64,000 bases of DNA from Nageia nagi (GCA_050084985.1 JBITNC010000001.1:201996001-202060000); one strand, 5' to 3'. Shown: positions 27,128-40,869, counted from the stretch's first letter. Numbers and translations are program-made. The notes: generated from the letters alone by a model not told the origin.

Positions 27128-28400
27128 CTAGCTACTGATGGGCACTACTACCACTACTGGTAGTATCCCTTATCCTTTACCTAACCCTACAGTCGCTACT
27201 GCTAGCCCTTGATAATGACACTCCCCCTAAGATGCCACTAGTTATGATCCCTTCTCCTGCTAAGAGGACCTTCACCATATCATATTTCACCCTGAGAGTG
27301 GCTGTCTCCTTCTCCTTTCACTCGATCTTGTCCATTTGGCTTTGCATAAAAGTTCACTGCTAATCAAGTGGAGGAATCACCATCCTCTCCTATAACCTCT
27401 TCATAGATTTATCTAAACTAGCAATATGTGCATCTTGGGTTGTGAAAGTAGCCTAAAGTCCTGTAACTAAGCCTCAAATGGTTTCAACCTTGCATTTTTT
27501 ACCTTGGGAGCTGCAATCCACCTCTTAGTCTCCCTTGTAAATAATCAATGTATTGTTAAAATCTTGATCATGTTTGAAAATTAAAAAAAAAATGAAACGA
27601 TTAAGTTATTTACCTGGTGTTGCTAATGGCACAGCCTCGACTAGCATCACTAATCCTGGTGCTATCGCTCCCTCATCAACCATAAAGCCTTGTTCTACAC
27701 ATTGTTATTTAAGAGCTCTCCTTAATGCACAAGGCTTCCCTTGATGGGAATCCCCCATATCCAATAGATGTTGGACAAGGTAATCATCATTTCACCTGGG
27801 ACAGGTGAAAGGTGTTATAATTTGAGTCTCAATGCTCTTTCAGTGCTATCAAAAGAGGTAGGTCTTATTGGATGTGGCTAGTAATGGCTAGGTCTACTAG
27901 TCTACACTATAGCAAGATATCATCAATATGGTTTATCTTTAACCATTTCCTATCCTTCTCTAGCATGATTGTAGTCATTATTCTACTCCTAATGAGTACC
28001 TTACACTCCTACAAGGAAATACAAAAATATTAAAATTAATAAATAGGAATTGAAAATGGAAAACCTAATGCATGAAATAATTAAAAATTTTAAGGTAAAA
28101 TTTAACTTATTATATGATCAAAAGGAAGTGAGTGGATGTACTTCACTATATGACCCCTATGGATATGTATGGTACGACTAACTCCTCTTTAGCTTGCATC
28201 AACCATGTTGCCACGATGAGAAAAGAATCAAGTAAGTACATCAATCTAATACATGGAACTCATCAATGAACAGGGGCAATGGGCTCACACATTGGTAGGG
28301 ATACAGTCAGGTAAGCAAATCACTCAATCAATGAAAGGTGTAGGGGGCAAGGTAGATGTGAAATACTGATATTCGTTAAGTCACCAAAGCTTCGCCAAGT
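27128..28400 (-). pseudogene. Decayed antisense, apparently spliced accessory ORF inside the LTR element
   Basis: Coding-like segments (coiled-coil ATFTTQDAHIASLDKSMKRL..KEKETATLRVKY and a Gly/Ser tail) separated by AT-rich intron-like segments 27534-27613 (CAG|GTAAAT...TTACAAG) and 28009-28110 (ATAAGT...TTGTAG). Confidence 0.5.
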
Positions 28401-29591
28401 TGAAAGTGACAAGTGGAAATGAAACTAAAAATTCAATGAATTATTTTCATATCTCTTATTTTCTACATAAACCCTAGGGCCTCACCAAGTCTCTCTAGTA
28501 TTGTCTAGATATATTATTTTGTGTGTACATTGTATTGAGAATTATTTTACAAGGTAGTGATTTCTTTTTCAAAAATTAATTTTGTTGATTTCACATTGTT
28601 AGTAATGTGGTTTTCCTCGAATTATTCATCAACCAAGCAGTCATCAATTACATATGGTAAAAATGTGCATATGATGCTTTTGATTGAATATTTGACTATT
28701 TATTATTCATTTAAATCATTTAAATTTATCTATATTAAAAACATGCCTCCAGCAATGTGGATTAGGTGAAATTACTAAAAAAATAAAATACACTACGATA
28801 ATTTTCATTGCTATACATTTTATGAAATGATTATTTCCAACTTTTGAATTATTGCAAATGATAAATATTTATTGTTAAAAATCATTTTGATATAAATTAA
28901 ATGAGAATTTCTCATCTCTAAAATTATTCATGGCTTACGATTGCTATATGTATGAAAATTGATGTTTCATTATCAATTAGATGCGCTCTTTTTCTTAAAG
29001 ATTAAAACATCCTTTACAATGCCATCAACAACATGAAAAATATGTAATTGAGTGTGCTTTCAAATAATTATCATGCTTACATATTATTAATAGTTCAAAA
29101 TCATGAACCTTTCGATTTTATACATATTGCACAGACAAATTGAATATATGGTTAAATGTTGTCAATCCATGCTTTCTCTACAAAATCCTATGGTAAGTAG
29201 AACTATTATTTTTTTTACAAAGCAATGCAAAAATGATATGAATGATTTTCAATTGAATATCTTTCAAATTTCTACATCCAAAATGAAAACTCTTATGTCG
29301 TTAATGACATGAAATTGCTACAAATCATTTGTAATTGGGGCATATCAAAAAATTATTGAATATATGCTCATTTATGCAATTATCCAATGTGTATGCAATA
29401 TTTTAAGAATAAGAATCCAACTTGTTGAAAACATGATCACAAAATTATAGGCATATGATGCCACCAATGATGTGGATTTGTTTTGAAAATTCGTACAAAC
29501 TGAAATACTGTAATGCAAGACTAATGAGTAATTGAATATCCAGTATATTGATGAAGCTTGAGTCATTAAAAGTTCTTATTAGCTTGGTCTT

Positions 29592-29785
29592 TATAGACTA
29601 TGATTTGTCTATCGCAATAGTCTATACATCATGGACATTATGAGACTAGGGCATCAAAGAGGACCTCATGTGCTTGCTCTTCATAGACTATGAGTTGTCT
29701 ATCATAGTAGTTTATGTTTCATGGTTTATAACAGTATGAGTTGTTTATCATAGTAGTCTATGTTTCATGGTTTATAACACTATGA
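29592..29785. repeat. Short degenerate tandem repeats in the retrotransposon 3' region
   Basis: ATAGACTATGA.TTGTCTATC..AGT.TATG and GTTTCATGGTTTATAACA units repeated. Confidence 0.7.
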
Positions 29786-30154
29786 ATCACATCAGTCATT
29801 GTGACACAGTGCATATTATATTTATTTCATCCTTACTATTTACACATTGCTTATTCTTTCATTGGATGTGATCTATGTGGGTATATATTGCTTTGTTCTA
29901 CAAGTATTGTCTAGGTGAGTAAGAATTGGCATAGACCGCTCACCTTATATAGGGACTCTGATTTTGGCTTGCTTACCCAACGTAGCATGAGCTAGGGGAA
30001 ACCAAGACCAAAAGGGGGAAAACAACATACTATACTCAATATATCGATCAAAATAGGGAAGTCCACTTTACTATTGAAATTTTTTTCTCCTCTCTAGACT
30101 TCTTTGGATTATGCAATTCAATACTTTTCATTACATATCCAAAGAGGGACAAAA

Positions 30155-31007
30155 TGTAGATGCTTAAAAATGATTTATTATTTATTTAATAAATCATATT
30201 TAGACTCATTAAATGATTAAATGGCAATAATGCATAAATCAAGATAAAGTGTTATTATATTGCAATACCATGTGCTAGGACCAATGTAGTATCATATACC
30301 ATGGATTATATTTTACATTATCTTGAATATTGAAAAGACTATTGTTATTGTTGTGTCAGATTTCAATCCTTTCTATTTTATTGCAGGTTATAAATATGAG
30401 AGGTGAAGGTTGACATCCCTATCAGATCTTTATAATATGTGGTTGTCCCAAACATCAAACTTACAATGTCTCTTGATGCCACCTATATTGAGAACCTATT
30501 ATACTCTCTAAGCTATGTAATCTCTCCTTTTCACATGATATGAAATATCAGGTTCTACACTGCCAACGGTGTGCCAGTCCCATGCAACCAATAGCATGCA
30601 CCTTTTAGATTAGGAGGTCCAAATTTTGAAGAACGAATCGTTAAACCATTCTAGTGAATATATGTTGTGAGCTCATCTGAAGTTTGATCATAATCCTCTA
30701 GAGATTCATTATTGTTCCACTTTGAGGGTTGTACACAAATTGGCTATAGGCCCACTTTGTAATCGTGAAACCATTCTAGTGAATATATGTTGTGAGCTCC
30801 TCTAAAGTTTGATCATAATCCTCTAGAGATTCATTATTATTCCACTTTGAGGGTTGTACACAAATTGGCTATAGGCCCACTTTGTATCATGTTTATATGT
30901 TTCATGTATATTTATTGTAATATGATATAGAGCATGTTATCATTGTATTCGTAGACCATTTATTTATTTGTGTATTTATTCATTAATTATACATTTTTGG
31001 GTCTACA
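30155..31007 (+). repeat. 3' LTR (853 bp) with an internal ~120-bp tandem duplication
   Basis: Homologous to the 5' LTR. AAACCATTCTAGTGAATATATG...CCCACTTTGT is duplicated at ~30643-30760 and ~30768-30885. Confidence 0.92.
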
Positions 31008-31035
31008 ATATTAGTATGTAACTAATAAATATTTA

Positions 31036-31729
31036 TATTAAGATCCACTATATAAAAATTTAGTAGTTATTAAAACTCTATTAGTTTGCAAAAGAAATAA
31101 GAAAACAAACAAGTAATTAAATCATTCACACAAGAGATAAGGCAAATTTTAACATGGTTCACTTAGTGCAGGCTACATCCATGAAGATATTTTCAATCCT
31201 TTATCACAATCAACTCTAAAAAACTATTTGGTTCACAAAGAATCCTCTCAATACAAAACTCAATCTCTCTCAAACCTTGTTAAGATCATCTCTAATTACA
31301 ATGTAATCCATGGATTTATAATAAACCATTACAATCCTATTTTTAAGCTTAACCAAAATAGAAAATCATTCAATAAATTCACCATTAAAAGGGTAACATC
31401 ATTTTAAATGTAGAACAAAGCAAGAGAAAATTTACATGCTCAAAATAGAGCTTTTATACCCTTAGATCATGATCAATATGCATAAGATCGATCCTATTTA
31501 TTGTATTGACTCCCTTAGGTTCGATTGCCTCTACAACAAAAAAATTGTTAAATTTACCTGCAATAGGATCGACTAACTGATCGAGTCTAGAATACAATCG
31601 ATCAATCGACTATGTTGATAGGCCTATCCCCAACTAATTGGCCCTACAGATTGGACCTATGCATACTAATAAGAAAACAAAGAGCAAAATTCTTCCACTT
31701 ATACAACAAATTAAGCTCCATTCCTAACA
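31036..31729 (-). mobile_element. Solo LTR (copia-like)
   Basis: TSD ATTTA (31031-31035 / 31730-31734). The minus strand starts TGTTAGG; the other end TATTAAGATCC is a degenerate TGTTAGGATCC. Minus-strand GGATGTAGCC..GTGAACCATGTT motif as in the copia LTR at 43476. Confidence 0.8.
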
Positions 31730-32949
31730 ATTTAAAATAAAAATAAAATAAATATGTAGATGAAATTGAGGTATAGAAATAACTAAGTGAAGTAAAGAGA
31801 ATAAGAGCACCCTTAATTTTGTGTTCAAATTATTTGGTACATTGCTTTACTATTTTGGTGGGCTAATATGATATATCTTTAGAAATAGCTCACTTTGTAT
31901 GGTTGATCTACCAAACTCCCCCAAATCTTAAGGATTGCCTATGAGTTAAAGGAATATTTAAACAACAATCTCATATGTTATTAATAAATAGTCAATTTTT
32001 GATGTGGTAATTCAAAGGGTTAAAATTAGTTACAACATAAATGAAAGAAAAATTCATACAAATGAACACATAGTAATATACAATAATAGATTAGAGAGTG
32101 ATACAACAAAATCAATATAAAATTAAAGCCAAATAAAATAAATGACATTCAATAAATTAGAATCTACCACTACATTCTCCAAGATCATCGTAGTATTTTA
32201 GGAGTGCCTATCACACAATTTGCAAATTTCTACTTCCCTCTATATAATGTCAAATTTTACTAATACATTTTCATTTTTGTAATTTTAATTTTAATTATTT
32301 GAACACAAAACTCATAATTTAATTTTTTATATTAAATATTATACTTATCAAAACCAATCTTGTAGAATCTTACATCATATTCATGATGAATCTCATATTT
32401 ATCTCCTTCTTCCATAATTAAACATTTAGATAAAAAAATTAAATAGAAATAAAAACCTGAAGACCAAAATAAAAATCAAATACTATAATAAATATTACCT
32501 CTTACTCTTAACCTTTTAATTTGCATGTATTCACTTTGTATTAATTAGTTTACTTATTCTTATTTTAATACATTTTCGATAATTTCTTTAATTAACTATT
32601 TTGATATAATACATAAATAAATATTTACATTATATGTTTACATTAAATATAATATGTATAATATTTTTTAATGTAAACATTTATTTATGTATTATATAAC
32701 AATATATATATCATATTTTTAATGTAAACATTTATATCTAAAAAACTTCGAGAGGTATCATTCTTGAGGCATCTTTCTTAAATATCTCTATACTTTACTT
32801 AAAATATTTTTAAATAAAAATATAATAAAAATCATAAATAAAAATGCAATAAATATCTCACATATTATTTATTAAAAAAATAAAAAAACTTAGTAGAGAG
32901 TTGCATCTTGAACCATGTGTCTCCCTTACCTACAAAAGTTTCTAGGGTT

Positions 32950-35900
32950 TTCCTGCATGATCACACTATGTTTCTCTACTAGAGAGATAGCGAAAATTTA
33001 TTAGTTTTGATAAGGCCTTTTATTTACACTGCCTTATGTGGTAGCCCACCCTCTATTTCTAGATGCCACTCATATGGGCACATCACTTGATGTTGAAGAT
33101 GTGAGAGTGAGCAATGGCACCAAGGAAACATTCTTGCAAGTTTTGGCTATAAGTGCAACATGAGGTAAATAGTTAATCCCTTAAGCTTATATTCATGTTG
33201 AAGAGTTTAACAACACTAGTCAATGGTTTGAGTATCATACCTTTATAGGTTATTTTATAGGTAGAATCCCTAATGACTCCCTATTGCATACTTGGGTTAG
33301 CCAAGTTTGGAGCCCATATGTCATTAAGGTTGATAATGTTCAAAACCTTACCAAAAGTTATTTTTTATTTCATTGTTATGACTCACTACATGCACACAAA
33401 GTGTTTAACAAAGGATCATGGATGGTACAGAACTACTTGTTAATATTACAAAGTTATAATATAGAATTTACTATTGATGATGAGACCACCAATCTGAGTT
33501 GAGTTCCTTAGGTTACCAATCCCCTTTTGGAAATTTTTGCATACCCTATCTACATATCCAGGTAAGTTTGTTTATTTTGAACCTGAAATATTTTTTTAAC
33601 TCGATCTACTGGAGAGTTCATATTAAATACCAAAGACCTATAGGAATTCATTAACATAAATATTAGGGAAGTGTATATACATCAAAGGATTGTGTACATT
33701 AACCTCTCGAATACTTTTTACCAATTCCAATCCTCTACTCATAAGATTTGGGACTACTTGCTCATGGTAGGCAAATTCAAAGATAAAACCCCTCTAGCTC
33801 CTACTACGTCCTCAGCTTTGGCTAATTCTAGTAGAGGAGGGGAGGAAGAGTGGACTATTATCTCTCATTACCACAATTGCAAACCTTGACCATAAGATGC
33901 AATGGTTTCACCCCAGCAAGTTGGCCTTGTATTATTATCTATAGAACAATCATCTCAAGTTAAACTGATTATGCAATCGATTTTGCAACCCCATGCGATT
34001 GTTAGCCATGCTCTTATGAATCCCTCATAGATGTTTGTACCCTCCATATGGTTAGGTCCATCATTTTCTTTGATCGTTGCTTCTTCACCTCCCTTACATG
34101 CAACAACAGAGACCCAAAGTTTTAAACCTCGTTGCTCTTGTAGCCCATGAAGAGATGACTCTAATGGATTTGTTGACAAAAGATGCTAAATTGATCATAC
34201 TCATCATCATTCATCTTTCTTTCAAGGAGATGGTCACTCTTTTGATAAACTAAATGAGTTATAGGAATCAAAGGATATTATGGATCTTCATAACCCTGAG
34301 AGGCCTCGTTAATTTTTTTCTCATGGAATGTAAAGGGGTTGACGAACCCAGTCCAAAATTACATGATTGAGAGTGACTTGGAGGATGTTTCTCAATTATA
34401 TGGTAATATTGATTTTATTTCTTTGTAAGAAATCAAAATTAAGGACTTCATATTGCAATGTACATGTAGTTTTCTTTAGTCAAGAGGCCTTTTTTTGCTA
34501 TTAATTATTCCCTTGGAAATGGAGGTGTTGTCACTTTCATATCCCTAAGGTGGAACTACTATATTGTATCTTAGGGAGTTTGTCCTTCAAATCAAGTTGT
34601 CTAGGTTCTGCTTGAGTTGCATGACAAACCTTTTGGTATTATCAATGTTTATGCTTCCAATGATGCTCATGAATGATGTTTATTATCAAGGTGGCTTGTT
34701 TTATCCCTTCCTTTTGTCACTTGGGTGTTATGTGGTGATTTTAATATGGTGGAAAAGCCTTTAGATAAAAAGTGTCAAGCACATATGCATTATAGTATAG
34801 GAGAACATGAGGCTTGGTTTTTCATGAAAAATAAACTCATCGTTTTTTTATCCCAACCTAAGATTCTCCCTTGAGTCTTTTCCTAGAGCTCAATGGTACA
34901 CTTGGTCCAATTTTTAAGCTAATGAGAATTAGGTTCTTAAGCGTATTGATAGGGTTATGCTCTTTAAAAGTTATACCTTGCATTTTCATAGGATTTCTAT
35001 CTCTCACCCTTTTATGATGGTCATTCCTAACATCACCCTTTTTTATCATGCTCCTATTCTCTTTGACATCTCTCAGGATCAGACCCCAAGTTGAGTTTTT
35101 AAATCATAGTTTTATCTAAATGTCTCCTTTTTGCAACATGATTCCATGAAAGCCCATATCTACAGGATCTAGAATGTTATTCCTTGACCCTCTAGGTCTA
35201 TATGTTAGATCCAATGGTGGAATAATATTATCAAATATATGACTTTTACTACTCGCAGCCTTGGAGCAAAGATTTTCAAGAGGAGAAGAAAAGCCAATCT
35301 TATTTTAAGAATTAAACTTGCTCAAGCTATTCTTCGCTTGGAGTCCAACCTCTTTCATGAGTCTACTTAAGTTTATGTTACTACCCTCCATCATTAAATT
35401 CATAAAATTAACCTATATGAAGTAAAAGGGGCCTAAATTAAAGTCAAATTGAATTAGCTTAATGTCAGGGATAAAGTATCTAAATAGTTCTTTAAGCGGC
35501 TTCGACCTCCTATGCATGCCACTCAGTTTCAAGCAATTCAAGCAGATGGAGTTAGATTTACGTTACTCCCTGAGATCTTCAAAGCTTTTGTAACACATTA
35601 TCAACAAGTGTTTGTAGCACAACCATTTACTTATGTCTAACAAAATGCTTTTGAGGAGTGTTGTTTGGTCATACCTCTTAAAAGCTCATAAGCTTAGAGG
35701 GGTATTATTGACTCTTCTCTTTTCTTGAAAGATCTTAAAATGGCTCTTGCTTAAATGGCCAATGATAAAGCACCTGGAATAAATGGTTTTCCCTATGAAT
35801 TTTACAAAGAAATATGGGAAATTGTTGGTCCTAATCTCTTACAAGTATATAAAGAAGCCATGCTCTTTGGATCATTAGGCCAATTGATTAATAAAGGAAA

Positions 35901-38750
35901 TATCAAATTCATTTTTAAAACTAGTAATCTTAAAATTATTAAAAATTGCCAACCCATCACCTTGCTAAATATAAGTTACAAGGTTATTGCTAAGGCTTTG
36001 GCTCTTAAGCTACGAACCATCCTTCCTCTGATCATTCGACTAGAGTACTCATGTTTTATTAAAAGAAGATACATTTTGGATAATGTTATTATCATTTAGG
36101 AAGCTATGGATAATGTTATTATCATTTAGGAAGCTATGGAATGGATGAGATCTTCTAAGCAAGATGCCCTTTTCATTAAAATTGATTTTGAAAAAGCTTA
36201 TGACAAGCTCGAGTGGAAATTTATTCTTACTATGCTCTAGGCCCTTGGTTTTGGTCCTTTCTTTATCCAATCAATCCAAATGTTATTAAGAGATGCCTCT
36301 ATTATTCTCATTATGAATTATGTCCAGTTGGAAAGTATCACTTTAGCTCATTCTATTTGATAAAGGTGTTCTTCCCTCTTTATTTTGGCGATTGAAGCCT
36401 TTGGCTATCTTATTTCTCATAAGACTTCTCAAGGTATCATAAAAGATATCTCTCTTCTCAATTCTCAATTACAGTTGTTGAATGGTCATTTTGTTGATGA
36501 TTCTTTTTTTTTTACTTTACATGAAGATGAACAATTTATTTCAATTGGTTTGAAATATTTAGACACCTTCTATCTTGCTTCTTCCTATAGTATATAATAG
36601 CAGAAAACTTCCTATTATAGGTTGTTAATGAGGCATCTTCCGAGTTGGCTTTCCTATTATCCTTGGAACTGGATACAACCTGGGGAAGTTTTCAAGTTCT
36701 TGGGTATTTTGTTTACCTTTAAAGCTTCTCCTACTCACCTTTAAATCATGTTGTTCAGAATATTAAAAATAACTTGGGGTACTAAACCACCAAAAAGCTT
36801 TCATTACCAGTAAAATTTTAGATTTGCTCAAAGATTCTAGCTTCCACGCATGTATTATTCTTCTTGCTCTATAACTTCGAAGGCATGCTACAAAAAGCTA
36901 GATAAATTGTTAAGAGATTTTATTTGGGCTTCTATTGTTCATAATAGAGGCTTCCACCAAGTGCCTTGGGATGTTTGTTGCCTCCCCTAGTCAGTTGGTG
37001 GCATAGGTTTGTTGGATTGCCATAACCAAGGATATGCATTATGTACAAAATGGATCATTGGAGCCTTATATGGTGAGGAAGTATGGAAAATTTTAATTCA
37101 ACATTGCATTTCAACAAGCCTTCCTTTTGGCAAAAGGGTCTGGAAGGTATAAAAGTTGCAGATAATTTTGATATCTCTTGTACACTTTAAGCTATTGGCT
37201 CTTTTGTTATCAAGAGCATTTGGAAAGCATGGCAGTCTTTTAAAACCTGACTTAGTTAGCATGAGAATAACAACACCTTAAGGGCTTCCATTTATTTCTT
37301 AAATCCTTGGTGGTCCCCTGTTGTCACCATTGATGGCATACCTCTGGCTGAAGTGTAATGGATCAAGGTCTTGCATTTTCATAAGAAAGACATTATCTCA
37401 CTTACTAATTTTTATTATTTCCAAACCAAGAATTGGTTTTCTTGGGAACAATTTTGTCATATCTATAACTTGTGTTTGGATGATAAACCTACTTTTGATG
37501 CTATGATAGATAAAGTTCTCTTTTATGTTTGGACTAAATTAGATAAGAGGTTTTAAAAACCTTGGTGGTCCAATTGGTTTTGGCCTAATCATATTCATCT
37601 AGTTAAATATAAAACCTCTATTGGGTATGCTTGGTTGTCACCCACTATCCTAATATTTTTTAACTTGAATAATAGAGAAGATCTTATTTCTTCTCCATCC
37701 AAGTGGAGGTTAAGATTTTTTGTTATATGGGCCTCCTATCTTGAGCCTAAGTAATATTTTTTGCTTGGAGCTTGCTTCATCGAGGCCTACCCATTGATCA
37801 TAGACTTCAACATTTAGGGGTGAAAAACCCTCTGTGTGCCTTTTGTAGAGAACCAAAAGACTTTGTTCATGTGTTTTGGGTATGCCCAAAAGCCAAGCTG
37901 ATGTGGGAGTGGATTTTATCCTTTTTAATCCCTTCCTAACCTCTCTTATTCTTGGGTTCATGCCATTTTGGGTGATCCTCTTGAGAACCTCTTATTGAAG
38001 TTTGGCATATCTTCCACCTCAGCATTCTATACCATTTGTAAAAGACCAAAAATAATTTTATTTTTGCTTAGTAAGAGGCTTTTATATCTTTCTCTCTTGC
38101 TAACAAATATGCAATTTTTTTATGAATGTTGATTACAAATCATTGTTCATTGGAAAAAATGAATGTAAAGGTGCAACACTTACGCAACTTATTGGATTAT
38201 TAGGGGAATGCACCACACTTTTTTAGCCGTGTTCCTATGAAGGTTGGTTTACACCAATGCCGTAGGTCTCGAGGTCGAGCTCTCACTCTAAGTGATAGTC
38301 TCGTGGGTACAATTCAGGTCCCTTACTGAGCTATCATTAGTCCTAGCTTTTGCCAAACCCCAATCGTCTATGTGCTATTGAGCCCTCTTCCTCCCACCCC
38401 TCAGTTGTCTGACCCAATAGTTGGTTGAGGAGATGCGGAGATGTGACCAACCCCTCCACTAATTGGCATGATGTTGTTGAGAAGTGTACCAATGTTGATG
38501 CTACTTATAATAATGAAAATGATAGCTAGGAAATGTGAAACCCAAGCGGTAAAGGTTTGGAATATTTGGGCGATGTGGATAACTTTTGCCCACCTCAGCC
38601 TCCTATTTAATGTTTGTGATATGATTAACTTTTCTCTCTCCTCTTAAAAGATTTTGTATTTAACTAAATCCAATCGAATGTAATTAGAATTCGAAACATA
38701 AAATCTAATACCAAAATTAATTCAACAATTTACCTATATATATATTTATA
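32950..38750 (+). mobile_element. Near full-length decayed L1-type LINE (ORF1, endonuclease, RT, zf-RVT)
   Basis: ORF1-like LHTWVSQVWSP..KGSWMV (33284), endonuclease SWNVKG (34321) and LCGDFN, RT KAPGINGFPYEFYK, PITLLNISYKVIAKALA, KIDFEKAYD, HFVDD. Many stops; ends approximate. Confidence 0.88.
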
Positions 38751-38785
38751 TAAGAACTTTATTTTTTTATGATTGAAAAATGAAG

Positions 38786-38992
38786 TAAATGGAAGTAGCA
38801 AATTTAGGTATACGAGAGAAGCTAGGGACACGTTGTATATATAAGATCATATAAATGGAAGTAGCCAATTTAGGTATATGAGAGAAGCTAGGGACACGTT
38901 GTATATATAAGATCATATAAATGGAAGTAGCCAATTTAGGTATATATGAGAGAAGCTAGGGACACGTATATATAAGATCATATGATCTTATA
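38786..38992. repeat. 66-bp tandem repeat x3 ending in a perfect 22-bp palindrome
   Basis: Units start at 38786, 38852 and 38918, each with GACACGT and TATATAAG. Palindrome TATAAGATCATATGATCTTATA at 38971-38992. Confidence 0.92.
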
Positions 38993-40182
38993 CCCTTACG
39001 CCGTTGGGTTTGGGGTTTAAAGGCGTGAGGAGAAGTATTGATATTGACAGAGCTTCAACTATGTTATTGTTTCGAAAGGGGCGTTCACTGTCACCATTCT
39101 CTCGTTACTTGCACAATCAGCAACAACAGCGACACCAGATGTTGCTAGGTTTGTAATCTCTTCTTTTCTCCCAGAAACTCCAGAATATCAGTTCATTACT
39201 GCAATTAACTTCAGTTAAGTCAAAACAACAAACTGGATCGATCAATCACCTTCCTCGAAGCTCTGTTTTATTATGCATTTTCTTCTCGTTTTTAAGTTAA
39301 ATCAACTGAAGAAAAGGAGACAGACACACGTGATATTTTTTTTTTTGGTTGCAATGGTGGCATTTTGGTTACCCAACAAAGTAGTAATTGTATCTCTCAA
39401 GAACAAAAGCAAGCAAATTGTAGTGGATATCATTGTCATCGAATATATGTCCAACATGAAAGAGAAAACAATCCCCAGGACCATGAATTGAAAAATATGG
39501 AAGAGGCAGAATTATATCAATCAAGTGTAGTAAAAGACAAGACAAAACATAGTTTTGCTTCTGGTTAAACAAGAATGGGGCAGTTGATTGGTTTATAAAT
39601 TTTTAAATGGATGTGAAGTTCAACGCAGTTATGTTGGTTTTGATGTTGAAGGGATTGGTAAACTGAATGCTTGCTGTTTTCTTATGCTAGAAAATTTTAT
39701 GCTCTCTTTTTCTTATTTGTCGAGTTGCATCTAGATTTTTGTGATCACGTTTATGAATAATTCATGTTTTGAATATGATATGTGGACATGTTGTTTACGT
39801 GAGAATTAGAGGAAATCAAGTAGTATGGTGATGAATTAGTGAATGTGAAAGATGAGTTTTTAGGGAGAAATTAAGGTTCTTTGGTGGATTCTATTTGTTG
39901 TAGTTGGTTAGTAAGCTAGGTTACCAGATACACCATCTCCTCCTATTCACATCAACATTCTAAGTATATACTATATATATGGTCCCGTACATGTCCATAC
40001 CTGGGTTTTGCTAACATATAGTTGAGAGGTATATAAGATACGGGTGATTTGAAATCTGAGCTTCATGCGGTGAAAACAAAGGTCAATGAGGTAAAACACC
40101 GTTTTTTTACATCTGCTGCAAATATTTGTGTTTTTGTTTTAGCGGATTGGTAAGAGATATCTTTATCTTCCATTCTCTTTCT

Positions 40183-40262
40183 GTTATTTTTGCATATACA
40201 CATACGTAAATCTTCGAAACTATTATTTTTGCATATACACATACATAAATCTTCGAAACTAT
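40183..40262. repeat. 39-bp tandem duplication
   Basis: TTATTTTTGCATATACACATAC(G/A)TAAATCTTCGAAACTA twice. Confidence 0.9.
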
Positions 40263-40523
40263 TTGTATATATTTTTGTAGATGCTGTAAATTTGTTGTAC
40301 TTCAATCATATTTTTACTATATGCTATTGCCCAAATGGTACTTGAATCCATGCCCATGCCACCTAGGTGCAGAGCATCATACATTATATTATAACTTTTG
40401 CACTTATTTCGGACATGTCTTTATGTAGAACTTTGAGAACTTTGTTTTGCTTCTTCCAAAAACTTCCTTATACAGCCTTTGTAATTTCTATGTCTATATA
40501 GAGATGAGTGTACAGCATATACG

Positions 40524-40600
40524 TTTTTTTTTATAAAGGTAATTGTGTTGGAGGGCTTTTTTATACAGGAACCCAAAACCTTTATGTGCATTTTCAAATC
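40524..40600 (-). mobile_element. LINE 3' tail remnant
   Basis: T-run followed by TTTTTTATACAGGAACCCAAAACC, closely similar to the LINE tail at 43335 (TTTTTTATACAGGGCTCCCAAAACC). Confidence 0.55.
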
Positions 40601-40869
40601 AGTTGCAATGAGATACAAAATTATATAGAGGTCCAGGTAACAACCAGTGTAAGGTCGTGGTAGTCATAACAACATTTCAGCCGGTTCCAACAAAATCCAA
40701 AGTGCAACACATCAGTATGTTGGTACATTAGAAGAGTCTTGACCAACAGGTAACAGGGGCGGGCTGACATTCCCTTCAGAATTTAGGTACCAATATGTAA
40801 TAGCCTGTTTTTCGTCCATATTGCCCTTATTGACTGGGAAGCAGTGCTTGAAATTTTCAATTATATAGA

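Larger units (their letters stand above)
23142..31007 (+). mobile_element. Complete non-autonomous (gag-only) Ty3/gypsy Tat-like LTR retrotransposon
   Basis: LTRs 23142-23869 and 30155-31007 (TGTAGA...TCTACA), TSD ATATT (23137-23141 / 31008-31012), PBS TGGTGAACTC at 23873, PPT AAAGAGGGACAAAA 30141-30154, gag remnants 24182-26100. No RT or INT motifs. Confidence 0.92.
21599..31843. repeat. Tandem duplication, unit 2, interrupted by an LTR element (23142-31007) and a solo LTR (31036-31729)
   Basis: 21599-23141 matches unit 1, with an extra ~0.3-kb insert near 22600-22900. 31740-31843 matches the end of unit 1 (21500-21598). Confidence 0.85.

Noticed and set aside
38786-38992. Repeats as a CRISPR-like array
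   Set aside because: Head-to-tail near-identical units with no unique spacers, in eukaryotic TE context with no cas genes.
39350-39568. Possible host exon (…NMEEAELYQSSVVKDKTKHSFASG)
   Set aside because: No recognisable homology and splice sites are unconvincing; not called as CDS.
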